The notes: generated by a model from the letters alone, not told the origin. Positions 1 to 15,494 are shown, counted from the first letter of the stretch. The stretch is DNA of 64,000 bases from Eledone cirrhosa (GCA_964016885.1 OZ024752.1:20708001-20772000), one strand, 5' to 3'. Made by a program: numbers and translations.

Positions 1-59
1 TATATACAAATATATATATATATATACAAATATATATATATACAAATATATATATATAC

Positions 60-96
<37 letters not shown>

Positions 97-120
97 ACAT
101 ATACATATATATATACAAAT

Positions 121-154
<34 letters not shown>

Positions 155-1720
155 ATACAAATATATATATATATATATACAAATATATATATATACACAA
201 ATATATATACAAATATATATACAAATATATATATATACATATATATATATACACAAATATATATACAAATATATATATACATATAGAAATATAAATACAT
301 ATATATATACATATATATATACATACAAATATATATATATACACATACAAATATATATATATACATATACAAATATATATATATACATATACAAATATAT
401 ATATATACATATACAAATATATATATATATACAAATATATATATACAAATATATATATATACAAATATATATATATATACAAATATATATATATATACAA
501 ATATATATATATATATATACAAATATATATATTATATATATACAAATATATATATATACAAATATATATATATATATACAAATATATATATATATATATA
601 TACAAATATATATATATATATATATACAAATATATATATATATATATACAAATATATATATATATATATATACAAATATATATATATATATATACAAATA
701 TATATATATATATATATACAAATATATATATATATATATACAAATATATATATATATATATACAAATATATATATATATACAAATATATATATATATATA
801 TACAAATATATATATATATATATATACAAATATTTATATATATATACAAATATATATATATATATATACAAATATATATATATATATATACAAATATATA
901 TATATATATATACAAATATATATATATATATATACAAATATATATATATATATACAAATATATATATATATATATATATACAAATATATATATATATATA
1001 TATACAAATATATATATATATATATACAATATATATATATATATATACAAATATATATATATATATATACAAATATATATATATATATATATACAAATAT
1101 ATATATATATATATACAAATATATATATATATATATACAAATATATATATATATATATACAAATATATATATATATATATACATACAAATATATATATAT
1201 ATATACAATATATATATATATATACAAATATATATATATATATATACAAATATATATATATATATATACTACAAATATATATATATATATATACAAATAT
1301 ATATATATATATATATACAAATATATATATATATATATATACAAATATATATATATATATATATATATACAAATATATATATATATATATATATATACAA
1401 TATATATATATATATATATACAAATATATATATATATATATATACAAATATATATATATATATATATATACAAATATATATAATAATATATACAAATATA
1501 TATATATATATATATACACAAATATATATATATACATATATAATATATACAAATATATATATATACAAATATATATATATACAAATATATATATATATAC
1601 AAATATATATATATATACAAATATATATATATACACAAATATATATATATACACAAATATATATATATACACAAATATATATATATATACAAATATATAT
1701 ATACAAATATATATATATAC

Positions 1721-1757
<37 letters not shown>

Positions 1758-3243
1758 AATATATATATATACACAAATATATATATATATATACACACAA
1801 ATATATATATATATATATACACACAAATATATATATATATATATACACACAAATATATATATATATACACACAAATATATATATATACACAAATATATAT
1901 ATATACACAAATATATATATATATATATACACAAATATATATATATATACACAAATATATATATATATATACACAAATATATATATATATATACACAAAT
2001 ATATATATATACATACACAAATATATATATATATATATATACACAAATATATATATATATATACACAAATATATATATATATATACATATACACAAATAT
2101 ATATATATATATACATATACACAAATATATATATATATATACATATACACAAATATATATATATATATACATACACACAAATATATATATATATATACAT
2201 ACACACAAATATATATATATATACATACACACAAATATATATATATATATACATACACAAATATATATATATACATACACAAATATATATATATACATAC
2301 ACAAATATATATATATATATATATACATACACAAATATATATATATACATACACAAATATATATATATACATATACACACACACACAAATATATATATAT
2401 ATATATATACACACACAAATATATATATATACACACACAAATATATATATATACACACACAAATATATATATATACACACACAAATATATATATATACAC
2501 ACACAAATATATATATATATATATATATACACAAATATACACACATATATATATATATATATATACAAATATATATAAGAATAAAAGATGGTTAAAAGAG
2601 TTCCATGTATTTTATTATGTGCATTTCAAAAACAAATATCATCATGCAATAAGTGTTTTTTAACCTTCATATCATGTCTTCCTGTTTTATCTGATGATAA
2701 CACAAATATTATTGCATGATGATATTTGTTTTTGAAATGTGCATAATAAAATACATGGAACTCTTTTAACCATCTTTTATTCTTATATATTATGTATACT
2801 CCAGTAGAGTGCTTCTTATCCGATATCTGCATTGCTTTATTGTACTACAATAAAACTCACCTCCTACATATATATACAAATATATATATATATATATATA
2901 TATACAAATATATATATATATATACAAATATATATATATATATACAAATATATATATCTATACAAATATATATATATCTATACAAATATATATATATCTA
3001 TACAAATATATATATCTATACAAATATATATATCTATACAAATATATATATATATACAAATATATATATATATATATATATACAAATATATATATATATA
3101 CAAATATATATATATATACAAATATATATATATATACAAATATATATATATATACAAATATATATATATATATATACAAATATATATATATATATACAAA
3201 TATATATATATATATATATATATACAAATATATATATATATAT

Positions 3244-3278
<35 letters not shown>

Positions 3279-3739
3279 AATATATATATATACAAATATA
3301 TATATATACAAATATATATATATATATACAAATATATATATATATATACAAATATATATATATATATACAAATATATATATATATATACAAATATATATA
3401 TATACAAATATATATATATATACAAATATATATATATATACAAATATATATATATATATACAAATATATATATATATATACAAATATATATATATATATA
3501 CAAATATATATATATATACAAATATATATATATATATATATACAAATATATATATACAAATATATACAAATATATATATATATATATATACAAATATATA
3601 CAAATATATATATATATATATATACAAATATATACAAATATATATATATATATATATACAAATATATACAAATATATATATATATCTATATATACAAATA
3701 TATACAAATATATATATATATATATATATACAAATATAT

Positions 3740-3774
<35 letters not shown>

Positions 3775-5095
3775 AATATATACAAATATATATATATATA
3801 TATATATATACAAATATATACAAATATATATATATATATATATATATACAAATATATACAAATATATATATATATATATATATATACAAATATATACAAA
3901 TATATATATATATATATATATACAAATATATACAAATATATATATATATATATATATACAAATATATATATATATATATATACAAATATATACAAATATA
4001 TATATATATATATATACAAATATATACAAATATATATATATATATATATACAAATATATACAAATATATATATATATATATATATACAAATATATACATA
4101 TATATATACAAATATATATATATATATATACAAATATATATATATATATATATACAAATATATATATATATATATACAAATATATATATATATATATATA
4201 TACAAATATATATATATATATATATATATACAAATATATATATATATACAAATATATATATATATACAAATATATATATATATACAAATATATATATATA
4301 TACAAATATATATATATATACAAATATATATATATATATACAAATATATATATATATACAAATATATATATATATACAAATATATATATATATATACAAA
4401 TATATATATATATATATATATATACAAATATATATATATATATACACAAATATATATATATATACAAATATATATATATATACAAATATATATATATATA
4501 CAAATATATATATATATATACAAATATATATATATATATACAAATACAAATATATATACAAATATATATATATATACAAATATATATATATATACAAATA
4601 TATATATATACAAATATATATATATATATACAAATATATATATATATATACAAATATATATATATATATACAAATATATATATATATACAAATATATATA
4701 TATACAAATATATATATATATATATACAAATATATATATATACAAATATATATATATATATATACAAATATATATATATATATATACAAATATATATATA
4801 TATACAAATATCTATATATATACAAATATATATATATATATATACAAATATATATATATATATACAAATATCTATATATATACAAATATATATATATATA
4901 TACAAATATATATATATATACAAATATATATATATATATACAAATATATATATATATATACAAATATATATATATATATACAAATATCTATATATATATA
5001 CAAATATATATATATATATACAAATATCTATATATATATACAAATATATATATATATATACAAATATCTATATATATATATATATACATATATAC

Positions 5096-5144
<49 letters not shown>

Positions 5145-5269
5145 CATATATATATACATACAAATATATATATACATATATATATATATACATATATATA
5201 TACATACATATATATATACATACAAATATATACATATATATATATATATACACACATATATATATACAC

Positions 5270-5300
<31 letters not shown>

Positions 5301-6320
5301 CACATATATATACACATATATATATATATACATATACATATATAAATATATATATATATACAAATATATATATATATACAAATATATATATACAAATATA
5401 TATATATATACAAATATATATATATATATATACAAATATATATATATATACAAATATATATATATATACAAATATATATATATATATATACAAATATATA
5501 TATATATATATACACAAATATATATATATATATATACACAAATATATATATATATATATACAAATATATATATATATATATACACAAATATATATATATA
5601 TATATACACAAATATATATATATATATATACAAATATATATATATATATACAAATATATATATATATATATATACAAATATATATATATATATATATATA
5701 CAAATATATATATATATATATATATACAAATATATATATATATATATATATACAAATATATATATATATACAAATATATATATATACAAATATATATATA
5801 TATACAAATATATATATATATACAAATATATATATATATACAAATATATATATATATATATATACAAATATATATATATATATACAAATATATATATATA
5901 TATATACAAATATATATATATATATACAAATATATATATATATATATACAAATATATATATATATATATACAAATATATATATATATATATATATACAAA
6001 TATATATATATATATATATACAAATATATATATATATATATACAAATATATATATATGTTTATACATAAGTATATGTATGATTATATATATATACAAATA
6101 TATATATATGTTTATACATAAGTATATGTATGATTATATATATATATATACACAAAAATATATATATATATGTTTATACATAAGTGTAGGTATGATTATA
6201 AATGTATATATATGTTTATACATATGATTATAAACATATATATATATATGTTTATACATATGATTATATATATATATATATATGTTTATACATATGATTA
6301 TATATATATATATATATGTG
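1..6320. repeat. Very long compound (TA)n microsatellite punctuated by CAAA/CACAAA, interrupted by a ~300-bp non-repeat island (2571-2870)
   Basis: Directly visible. It accounts for all YI-rich ORFs in 532-6121. Confidence 0.97.
2571..2790. repeat. Fold-back inverted repeat, 82-bp arms with a 56-bp spacer
   Basis: 2571-2652 is the reverse complement of 2709-2790 with about 2 mismatches. Confidence 0.92.
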
Positions 6321-6519
6321 TGTGTGGACTGTCTACAGTGCTAACCCCAGAAAGACCACAAATCAAAGTAGTACTTAATGCATTGGGATGCAGAGTTAGT
6401 ATGTTGAGGAAGAAAATATTCGACTGCGATCCCCAATGGTTTCTGCTCGTGACTTTATTCAGACACTTGTGTGAAGTTATGGTCAGAAACTGTAGGAGCT
6501 GACACTCCAATATTTTCTT

Positions 6520-6581
<62 letters not shown>

Positions 6582-9034
6582 TATGTGTGTATAAATATAA
6601 ATAAATAATACTGTTAGAATCTCAAAGAATACAAATGAAGAAAGACCGGATGTGATTGTGGAGAACAGTGAGATGTTCTTCAAGAAGATCGTCGTATAAT
6701 TAAATATAGACCTACACAGATGCCGATTACCATAATTAGTCCAATAACAACAAGCATGATGCGGTTGTGGATGATCCTGAAGGTAGAGAAAAAGAACAAC
6801 CGTTAATTTACTAACAACAACAATTGTAATAATAACTATTACAATTGTTGTTTTATGGATGGAAGAAGATTAAATTTAACAAAGTTACGTTTGTAGATTG
6901 CACTAAAAGCCCGTTTCAATCCCAGAGGCTGATCAGATTTTTGTGGCATGAAGTGACAGAGTACAAGACTGCCCCTTGGACAGGGCACCAGTGCATCACA
7001 GAGTTACCCCCCCCCCCCTACAGCTATTGCTAGTACTCATTTTTAGCTGAGTATACTGAAGCAACGGTAAATGAAGTGTTTTTCTCAAGAACACAACACA
7101 CAGCCCAGTCCAAGAATGAAACCTGTGTGGATTGCACACACACACGCATATAGATATAGTCATTCCCCTCGCCATCATCATAATATCTCTTCTGTCAACC
7201 TCTCATTCCCGTTGATTTGAACAGATAAAGATCATATAGAGAAAAGTGGGTTATTTAGTCTTACTACACACAAAGTAATTCCTCTAGTAATGGTACCATG
7301 ATAGCAGCCAGTACACTATAAGGAGTGGGTGAATGAACTAGGACTACATAGAGTAGAGAAGACCCTTCAACCTTGCTGAGGACAAGATAATCTCTTTAAT
7401 GTTGGTGCCATTATAAAATGAACCCAGTTTGCTTTGTAAAGTGGTTGGTTTTAGGAAAGACATCCAACTACAGGAATTGCACCAAATGTATGTGAAAGAT
7501 GTGATCTCTGACCCACCTCGGAAGATAGTAACTTCAAATTTGAATTGAATGCCAGTGTAGAAGGTGGGCATAAAAGGATGATAGTGCTCATAAGAGTGTG
7601 TTGAAAGAAATGACCCACCGTTTCATCATGCCAGTCAAAAGACGTGAACTCTTCCCAAGTGCTGTGTTCATCTCGTCAACCTGAAATTAGTAAATGAAAT
7701 ATTGTTAAAATTCTCAAGAGATCCTGTTTTGGGTTTCAAGGACATGACAGCCTCCCTAGTGCTGGTGATCTACATAATAAAAGCACCCAGAGCATGCCAT
7801 AAAGTGGTTGGTGTTAGGAAGGTCATCCAGCCATAGAAAGCTTGCTAAACAAGGTGTTGGGAGGACCTTTCAGTTTGTGTCAAAAGATGTAACTCCTCTG
7901 CACTTGAGATGACTATGCAAGCAGGATACAGACTCACTGTGAAGTGGTAGTGTTGGTACTATGGTAAAATGCACCTCGTACACACTGAAGTGGTAGTGCT
8001 GGAGCCACAATAAAATGCACCCAGTGTACTCTGTAAAATTATTGACATTAGCTATAGAAACCACACTAAAATATGAAGTATATAGCAAAATGTGATCTCT
8101 CTGACCATGATAACCTGTCCAATCCATGTCAGCATGAAATTTCATTAGTAAGGTGGTATCTTTTATCAAATTATGTTGAGAGATTTAAATAGGAATCTTT
8201 TAAAGTGGGTGGTTTGGGGTGGGTTAGTATTAAAAAGGTTAATGATAATGGTTTCTACTTTTTGGCACAAGGCCAGCAATTACCCAGTGCATTACTGGTA
8301 CTTTATTTTATCGACCCCGTAAGGATGAAAGGCAAAGTTAACCTCGGCGGGATTTGAACTCAGAATGCCAAGGGCCGTAAACATCTATGCGTTAAAAAGG
8401 TTAATGATAATGTACCACACAGCAATTATCTAACAGTGGTTAGCTGTTAATAACCTTACATACCCTAGCTCTTGATCTGTTTATAGTCTGGCGTTGTGAA
8501 TGAAGATCTTCTAGAATGGCAGACCCAATTTGTTCTGAAAAACAAGGACATAACAATTTTACTTCTCTAAGTTTCTTTTGAAATTAAATATCAATTTTTA
8601 CATTTTTATAGGTCATATTATTTATGTATTCCTGATTCCATCAGGGAAGAGGTCTTGTTTGATATGTAGAAAAGGAGTAGGCAGAAACTCTATATGATGT
8701 AAACAATGTAAGTCTTGGGTACACAAGAGGTGTAGTGGAATAACAGGCAGACTAACAGAAAAGGTAGACTTTTACTGAGAGTATCAGTGAAAAAAACATT
8801 TTCAAATCCCATAAAAACTTCATACAAATGGTTGATAGCTTCTGATACCTAGAGGACCTAATTAGCTGTAGTAAAGGTTGCTTTGAGAACACAGTAGCTT
8901 CAATAAGAACAGGATGGAAGGTTTTTAGATAAATATAACACTTGTGTATTAGGGAACTAGGAGTGGTTTCAAGCAGTTTGGCATCAAAAAGGTTAAACAC
9001 AAAAGAGAGACAGTAAAAGAAGAAATGGAATTAC

Positions 9035-9119
9035 CAGTTTCCACAGCAGTGTGATAGCCATGATCCATCTTCCGTCCAGTCCGTTCCAATCGTTCAGTAT
9101 TCTCCAGCAACCGAGTACG
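9035..9119 (-). CDS. VTI1A: VTI1A (Qb-SNARE) coding exon 5, RTRLLENTERLERTGRKMDHGYHTAVET; later exons not found in the window
   Basis: tttgtAG acceptor and GTaatt donor. 85 nt, in frame with exon 4; matches the start of the VTI1 SNARE motif. Confidence 0.9.
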
Positions 9120-9684
9120 CTACAAAGCATCCATGAAATAAACCACAATTAATATTTTGATCAAGTTAGATGAGAAGCACAATTGGTACAACTTTGAACT
9201 GACTTAGTTTGATTCATATGATTGGAGTTCAAATACTGCTAGAGGCTGATTCCACATTTCTTCCCACTGGATGTCAGTAAGGTACCAGTCATATATGAGG
9301 GTTCAGTCAATCAATTTACCATTGAACTAAATGCCTTACTGTACTTCCTTTTATAACTATTCTTGTATTCTTTTACCGTTTCGGTGTGCTGTGGCAGCCT
9401 TGAAGGGATTTAGCTAACTATATCAATTCGAGTACTTATTTTTAAATCAAACCACTAAGTTACAAGATATAAACACAGATGTCCGTGGACACAAACACCA
9501 CCATCATCATCATTTAACATGTTTTGGATGGGACATCATGTTGAGCTTCTGCAGTTTCCACCTACCAAACTTCATTCTTAGAACATTGGTCAGTCCATGA
9601 CTCTCGTAGCAGTCACTTAAGGTGCCACACAGTAGGAGCAAATCTGAAACCATGTGGTTGCAAAGTGAACTCCTTATCCACATA

Positions 9685-12600
9685 GCCATACAATAATATA
9701 TTGTGAGGTAACCCCTTAACCACACTGTCATACAATAATATATTGTGAGGTAACCCCTTAACCACACTGCCATACAATAATATATTGTGAGGTAACCCCT
9801 TAACCACACTATCATACAATAATATATTGTGAGGTAACCCTTTAACCACACTGTCATACAATAATATATTGTGAGGTAACCCCTTAACCACACTGCCATA
9901 CAATAATATATTGTGAGGTAACCCCTTAACCACACTATCATAGAATAATATATTGTGAGGTAACCCCTTAACCACACTGTCATACAATAATATATTGTGA
10001 GGTAACCCCTTAACCACTTGTCATACAATAATATATTGTGAGGTAACCACTTAACCACACTGTCATAATATATTGTGAGGTAACCCCTTAACCACACTGT
10101 CATAATAATATATTGTGAGGTAACCCCTTAACCACACTGTCATATAATATATTGTGAGGTAACCCCTTAACCACACTGTCATACATTAATATATTGTGAG
10201 GTAACGCCTTAACCATACTGTCATACAATAATATATTGTGAGGTAACCACTTAACCACACTGTCATATAATATATTGTGAGGTAACCCCTTAACCATACT
10301 GTCATACAACAATATATTGTGAGGTAAGACTTTAACCACACTGTCATACAATATATTGTGACAGTTCCTGTATGAGCAAGGCATGGTCAGCAGACCAGAC
10401 ACTGCCCACAACAGGACAACCCGTCTAACCCATGCTAGCGTGGAAGAACGGACATAAAAACGATGATGATGAGGTAACCCCTTAACCACACTGTCATACA
10501 ATAATATATTGCGAGGTAACCCCTTAACCACACTGTCATAATATATTGTGAGGTAACCCCTTAACCACACTGTCATACAATAATATATTGCGAGGTAACC
10601 CCTTAACCACACTGTCATATAATATATTGTGAGGTAACCCCTTAACCACACTGTCATAATATAGTGTGAGGTAACCCTTTAACCACACTGTCATACAATA
10701 ATATTTTGTGAGGTAACCCCTTAACCACAATGTCATAGAATATATTGTGAGGTAACCCCTTAACCACACTGTCATACAATAATATATTGTGAGGTAACCC
10801 CTTAACCAAATTGTCATACAATATATTGTGAAGTAACCCCTTAACCACACTGTCATACAATAATATATTGAGGTAACCCCTTAACCACACTGTCATACAA
10901 TAATATATTGTGAGGTAACCCCTTAACCACTCTTATATAATATATTGTGAGGTAACCCCTTAACCACACTGTCATACAACAATATATTGTGAGGTAACCC
11001 CTTAACCACACTGCCATACAATAATATATTGTGAGGTAACCCCTTAACCACACTGTCATAATATATTGTGAGGTAACCCCTGAACCACACTGTCATACGA
11101 TATATTGTGAGGTAACCCCTTAACCACACTGTCATATAATATATTGAGGTAACCCCTTAACCACAATGTCATAATATATTGTGAGGTAACCCCTTAACCA
11201 CACTGTCAAATAATAATATATTGTGAGGTAACCCCTTAACCACACTGTCATACAATAATATATTGTGAGGTAACCCCTTAACCACTCTTATATAATATAT
11301 TGTGAGGTAACCCCTTAACCACACTGTCATACAACAATATATTGTGAGGTAACCCCTTAACCACACTGTCATACAATAATATATTGTGAGGTAACCCCTT
11401 AACCACACTGTCATAATTTATTGTGAAGTAACCCCTTAACCACACTGTCATAACATTATGAGGTAACCCTTTAACCACACTGTCATACAATAATATATTG
11501 TGAAGTAACCCCCTTAACTACACTCTCATAGAATAATATATTGTGACGTAACCCCTTAACCACTTGTCATACAATATATTGTGAGGTAACCCCTTAACCA
11601 CAGTCATACAATAATATATTGTGAGGTAACCCCTTAACCACACTGTCATACAATAATATATTGTGAGATAACCCCTTCACCACACTGTCATATAATATAT
11701 AATGAGGTAACCCCTTAACCACACTGTCATACAATAATATATTGAGGTAACCACTTAACCACACTGTCATATAATATATTGTGAGGTAACCCCTTAACCA
11801 CACTGTCATATAATATATTGTGAGGCAACCCCTTATCCACACAGTCATACAACAATATATTGTGAGGTAAGCCCTTAACCACACTGTCATACAATAATAT
11901 ATTGTGACAGTTCCTGTATGAGCAAGGCATGGTCAGCCGACCAGACACTGCCCACAACAGGACAACCCGTCTAACCCATGCTAGCGTGGAAGAACGGACG
12001 TAAAACGGTGATGATGAGGTAACCCCTTAACCAGACTGTCCTAATATAGTGTGAGGTAACCCTTTAACCACACTGTCATAATATATTGTGAGGTAACCAT
12101 TTAACCACACTGTCATACAATAATATAGAGGTAACCCCTTAACCACACTGTCATACAATAATATATTGTGAGGTAACCCCTTAACCACACTGTCATAATA
12201 TATTGTGAGGTAACCCCTTAACCACACAGTCATATAATAATATATTGTGAGGTAACCCCTTAACTACACTGTCATACAATAATATATTGTGAGGTAACCC
12301 CTTAACCACACTGTCATAATATATTGTGAGGTAACCCCTTAACCACACTGTCATATAATAATATATTGTGAGGTAACCCCTTAACCACACTGTCATACAA
12401 TAATATATTGTGAGGTAACCCCTTAACCACACTGTCATAATATATTGAGGTAACCCCTTAACGACACTGTCATAATATATTGTGAGGTCACCCCTTAACC
12501 ACACTATCATAATAATATATTGTGAGGTAACCCTTTAACCACACTGTCATAATAATATATTGTGAGTAACCCCTTAACCACACTGTCATACAATAATATA

Positions 12601-13180
12601 TTGTGAGGTAACCCCTTAACCACACTGTCATACAATAATATATTGTGAGGTAACTCCTTAACCACACTGTCATACATTAATATATTGTGAGGTAACCCGT
12701 TAACCACACTGTCATATATATTGTGAGATAACCCTTTAACCACACTGTCATAATATATTGTGAGGTAACCCCTTAACCACACTGTCATACGATAATATAT
12801 TGTGAGGTAACCCCCTTAACTACACTGTCATATAATAATATATTGTGAGGTAACCCCTTAACCACACTGTCATAATATATTCTGAGGTAACCCCTTAACC
12901 ACTTATATAATATATTGTGAGGTAACCCCTTAACCACTGTCATAATATATTGTGAGGTAACCCCTTAACCACACTGTCATATAATAATATATTGTGAGGT
13001 AACCCCTTAACCACACTGTCATATAATAATATATTGAGGTAACCCCTTAACCACACTGTCATATAATATATTGTGAGGTAACCCCTTAACCACACTGTCA
13101 TATAATAATATATTGTGAGGTAATCCTTTAACCACACTGTCATATAATAATATATTGTGAGGTAACCCTTTAACCACAGC
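9685..13180. repeat. Minisatellite, 37-42-bp unit (tcatacaataatatattgtgaggtaaccccttaaccacactg), roughly 80 copies, in VTI1A intron 4
   Basis: Directly visible tandem units, with two embedded SINE fragments (10362-10472, 11908-12017). Confidence 0.97.
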
Positions 13181-13306
13181 TATTTCTGCTTTCCATCCTA
13201 CCAGTCATATACTGAGGAGTCCATCAGCCACAAATGTATCTATTGTATGTAAACTAGGACAAGTGAAACACTGCTTTGAAATTAGAAAACCAACTGTTCA
13301 CCTTAC

Positions 13307-13378
13307 CTGATCCTCAGCATCATGATGATCATCAAGCATGGAGTCATCTTTACTGTCCAGACCTAGTTTAGCGCGTCT
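13307..13378 (-). CDS. VTI1A: VTI1A coding exon 4, RRAKLGLDSKDDSMLDDHHDAEDQ
   Basis: ttcttcttccAG acceptor and GTaagg donor. 72 nt, phase 0-0, joins exons 3 and 5 in frame. Confidence 0.85.
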
Positions 13379-13806
13379 CTGGAAGAAGAACAGCAACAAT
13401 AATAAGGGTTTCTCATATAAGCACAAAGCCAACAATTTTATGGGAGGGGAAAGTCGATTAAATCGACCCCAGTGCATTACTGGTGCTTTATTTTATCAAC
13501 CCCTTAAGGATGAAAGGCAAACAACAATAATAGGCTGAGATAAAGAATCATGACAAATATCAAGTGATACAGTTATGGCTGAAGTAAATTAACTCTACAA
13601 CTTTTGTTTGATTTAACCACACTGACTCTTGATTGGGCACGGGGACAAATATATGAAAAAGGTTATGGGGTTACCTCACAATATATTATTGTATGACAGC
13701 GTGGTTAAAGGGTTCAACTTATGTCTTTATTGTGATTTGAGAAAGACAACAATATCATACTTTCTGATTTTCTTTTTCCCCTTATAAATTTGAGGCATCA
13801 TATATA

Positions 13807-14060
13807 TCATCATCATCATCATCATCACCGTTTTACGTCCGTTCTTCCACGCTAGCATGGGTTAGACGGGTTGTCCTGTTGTGGGCAGTGTCTGGTCGGC
13901 TGACCATGCCTTGCTCATACAGGAACTGATCTGGCTTGATTTCTACAGCTGGATGCCTTTCCTAACACCAACCTCATTTACAGTGAGTGCTGGCCTACAC
14001 GTCCACTTTACAGTGTGGGCTGGGTGCTTTTTTGCCGTGGCACCTCCACGACCACCTTGC
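13807..14060 (-). mobile_element. SINE/RTE-type 3' end with (GAT)n tail
   Basis: Carries the tgttaggaaaggcatccagctgtagaa...gacgtaaaacggtgatgat tail shared with many copies in the window. Confidence 0.75.
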
Positions 14061-14156
14061 GGTGGGGGGGGGCATATTGTTTATATGCTTCAGCATGTAC
14101 CCATGGGAGGTCGGGTACCCTGTATATATATTTATATATATATATATATATATATA

Positions 14157-14725
14157 TCATCATCGTTTAACGTCCATCTTCCACGCTACCATGGGTTAGA
14201 CAGGAGTTGTCCCACTTGAGGCAAGGTTGGTCGGGTGACCATCTGGCAGGTTTTCTACGGCTGGATGCTCTTCCTAACACCAACTACATTTACAGTGTCG
14301 AACTGGTAACTTTTTACCGTGTTACCTACACGGCCACATTACAGCGTGGACTGTGTTTTTTTGTCGTGACACCTATACGACCTCGATCTCATTATCTCAT
14401 TTATTTGGACTGGATGTTGTGGTACCAACTTTACAGAGAGAGGGTGGTGTTAGTGGGAGTGGGAGGATAGGGTAGGAGTAATGGATTGGGGTGTATACTT
14501 GGTTAAGAGGTGCCTACTGATTGTAGGCAAGGCGGGTCTTCTGTATTACTGCGTAGTGCCAAAGATCTCTGTCCAGTGACATTGTCTTAGAGAGGTGCAA
14601 GTGTGTAAGGTCGGAATTTATCAAATCGTCCCAGGTTTTTCTGGGTCTACCTACTCCATAACTACCATCAATTTTGATCGCCCTGCACTTTTTTATACAG
14701 CTGTCGTCTTTCATGCGCATCATAT
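14157..14725 (-). mobile_element. RTE-clade LINE 3' fragment (ORF C-terminus GRPRKTW plus 3' UTR)
   Basis: ORF 14514-14756 carries the RTE C-terminal motif. Homologous to 41690-42390, 45030-45620 and 60350-60990. Confidence 0.85.
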
Positions 14726-14873
14726 TCCTTTTTCGTATATTTGTCCCTGTGCCCAATCAAGGGTCAGTTTGGAATAGCCTCCCCTAATATACAGTGGTGG
14801 CCATAACTGAACCCTGAAACCAATGGTTGTACATACATATTAAGTTTATGAAACATTTATACAACATATAACC

Positions 14874-15041
14874 GGCCTCTAACTTCCCATATATATATTT
14901 TGTATAAATAATTGTTTCTACTATTGGCACAAGGCCAGCAATTATCCTAAGTACAAGTAATACACTGGGATAATTGCTGGCCTTGTGCCAATAGTAGAAA
15001 CAATTATTTATACAACATATATATATGGGAAGTTAGAGGCC
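14874..15041. repeat. Fold-back inverted repeat, 74-bp arms with a 20-bp spacer
   Basis: 14874-14947 is the reverse complement of 14968-15041. Each arm includes a SINE end plus flank. Confidence 0.9.
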
Positions 15042-15383
15042 AGTCATTTGAAGATGGCCAACAGGGTGGGTGCATATCCAGTGGCAGTAAAACGAGATAC
15101 GCTCCAGCTTAATGAGTCTCTGGGCTTGGAAAGGTTTAGGACTGATTTAAGCTTAACAACTATTCTCAAAAGCCTGCTTAAGTGAAACAGGTAGAATTAA
15201 AGTAAGCCTCAATTACACAATCAAATGCCTGCAATATATCTGAACTCAAGATCTGCAAGCTGTTTCATTAATAAGATATCCATTCAGCTATTTTTCCCCC
15301 ACTATTCTTCTACTAGGCCACCAAAATGTAATAAGCATAGGACTATAAATTAAGGTTAAAACAACAATAAACAAACAACCCAC

Positions 15384-15494
15384 CACATCTGTTTGAAGTT
15401 TTGAAAGTTCTGTTTTGTAGCTTCGTACTCTTGTTTGATACTTTTGTCTGTCCTTGCCTGGTTGTTCCTTCACCTCCAGGTCCATTTGTTCAAG
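15384..15494 (-). CDS. VTI1A: VTI1A coding exon 3, LEQMDLEVKEQPGKDRQKYQTRVRSYKTELSKLQTDV
   Basis: ttttttcAG acceptor and GTgggt donor. 111 nt; LEQMDLEV is characteristic of the VTI1A Habc domain. Confidence 0.93.

Noticed and set aside
532-6121. Long YI-rich ORFs up to 1109 aa
   Set aside because: Stop-free reading of (TA)n microsatellite; not genes.
9510-13143. Repetitive ORFs (MTVWLRGYLTIYY / YDSVVKGLPHNILL) and a CRISPR-like appearance
   Set aside because: Contiguous minisatellite units with no unique spacers, frequent frameshifts, and a location inside a eukaryotic intron.
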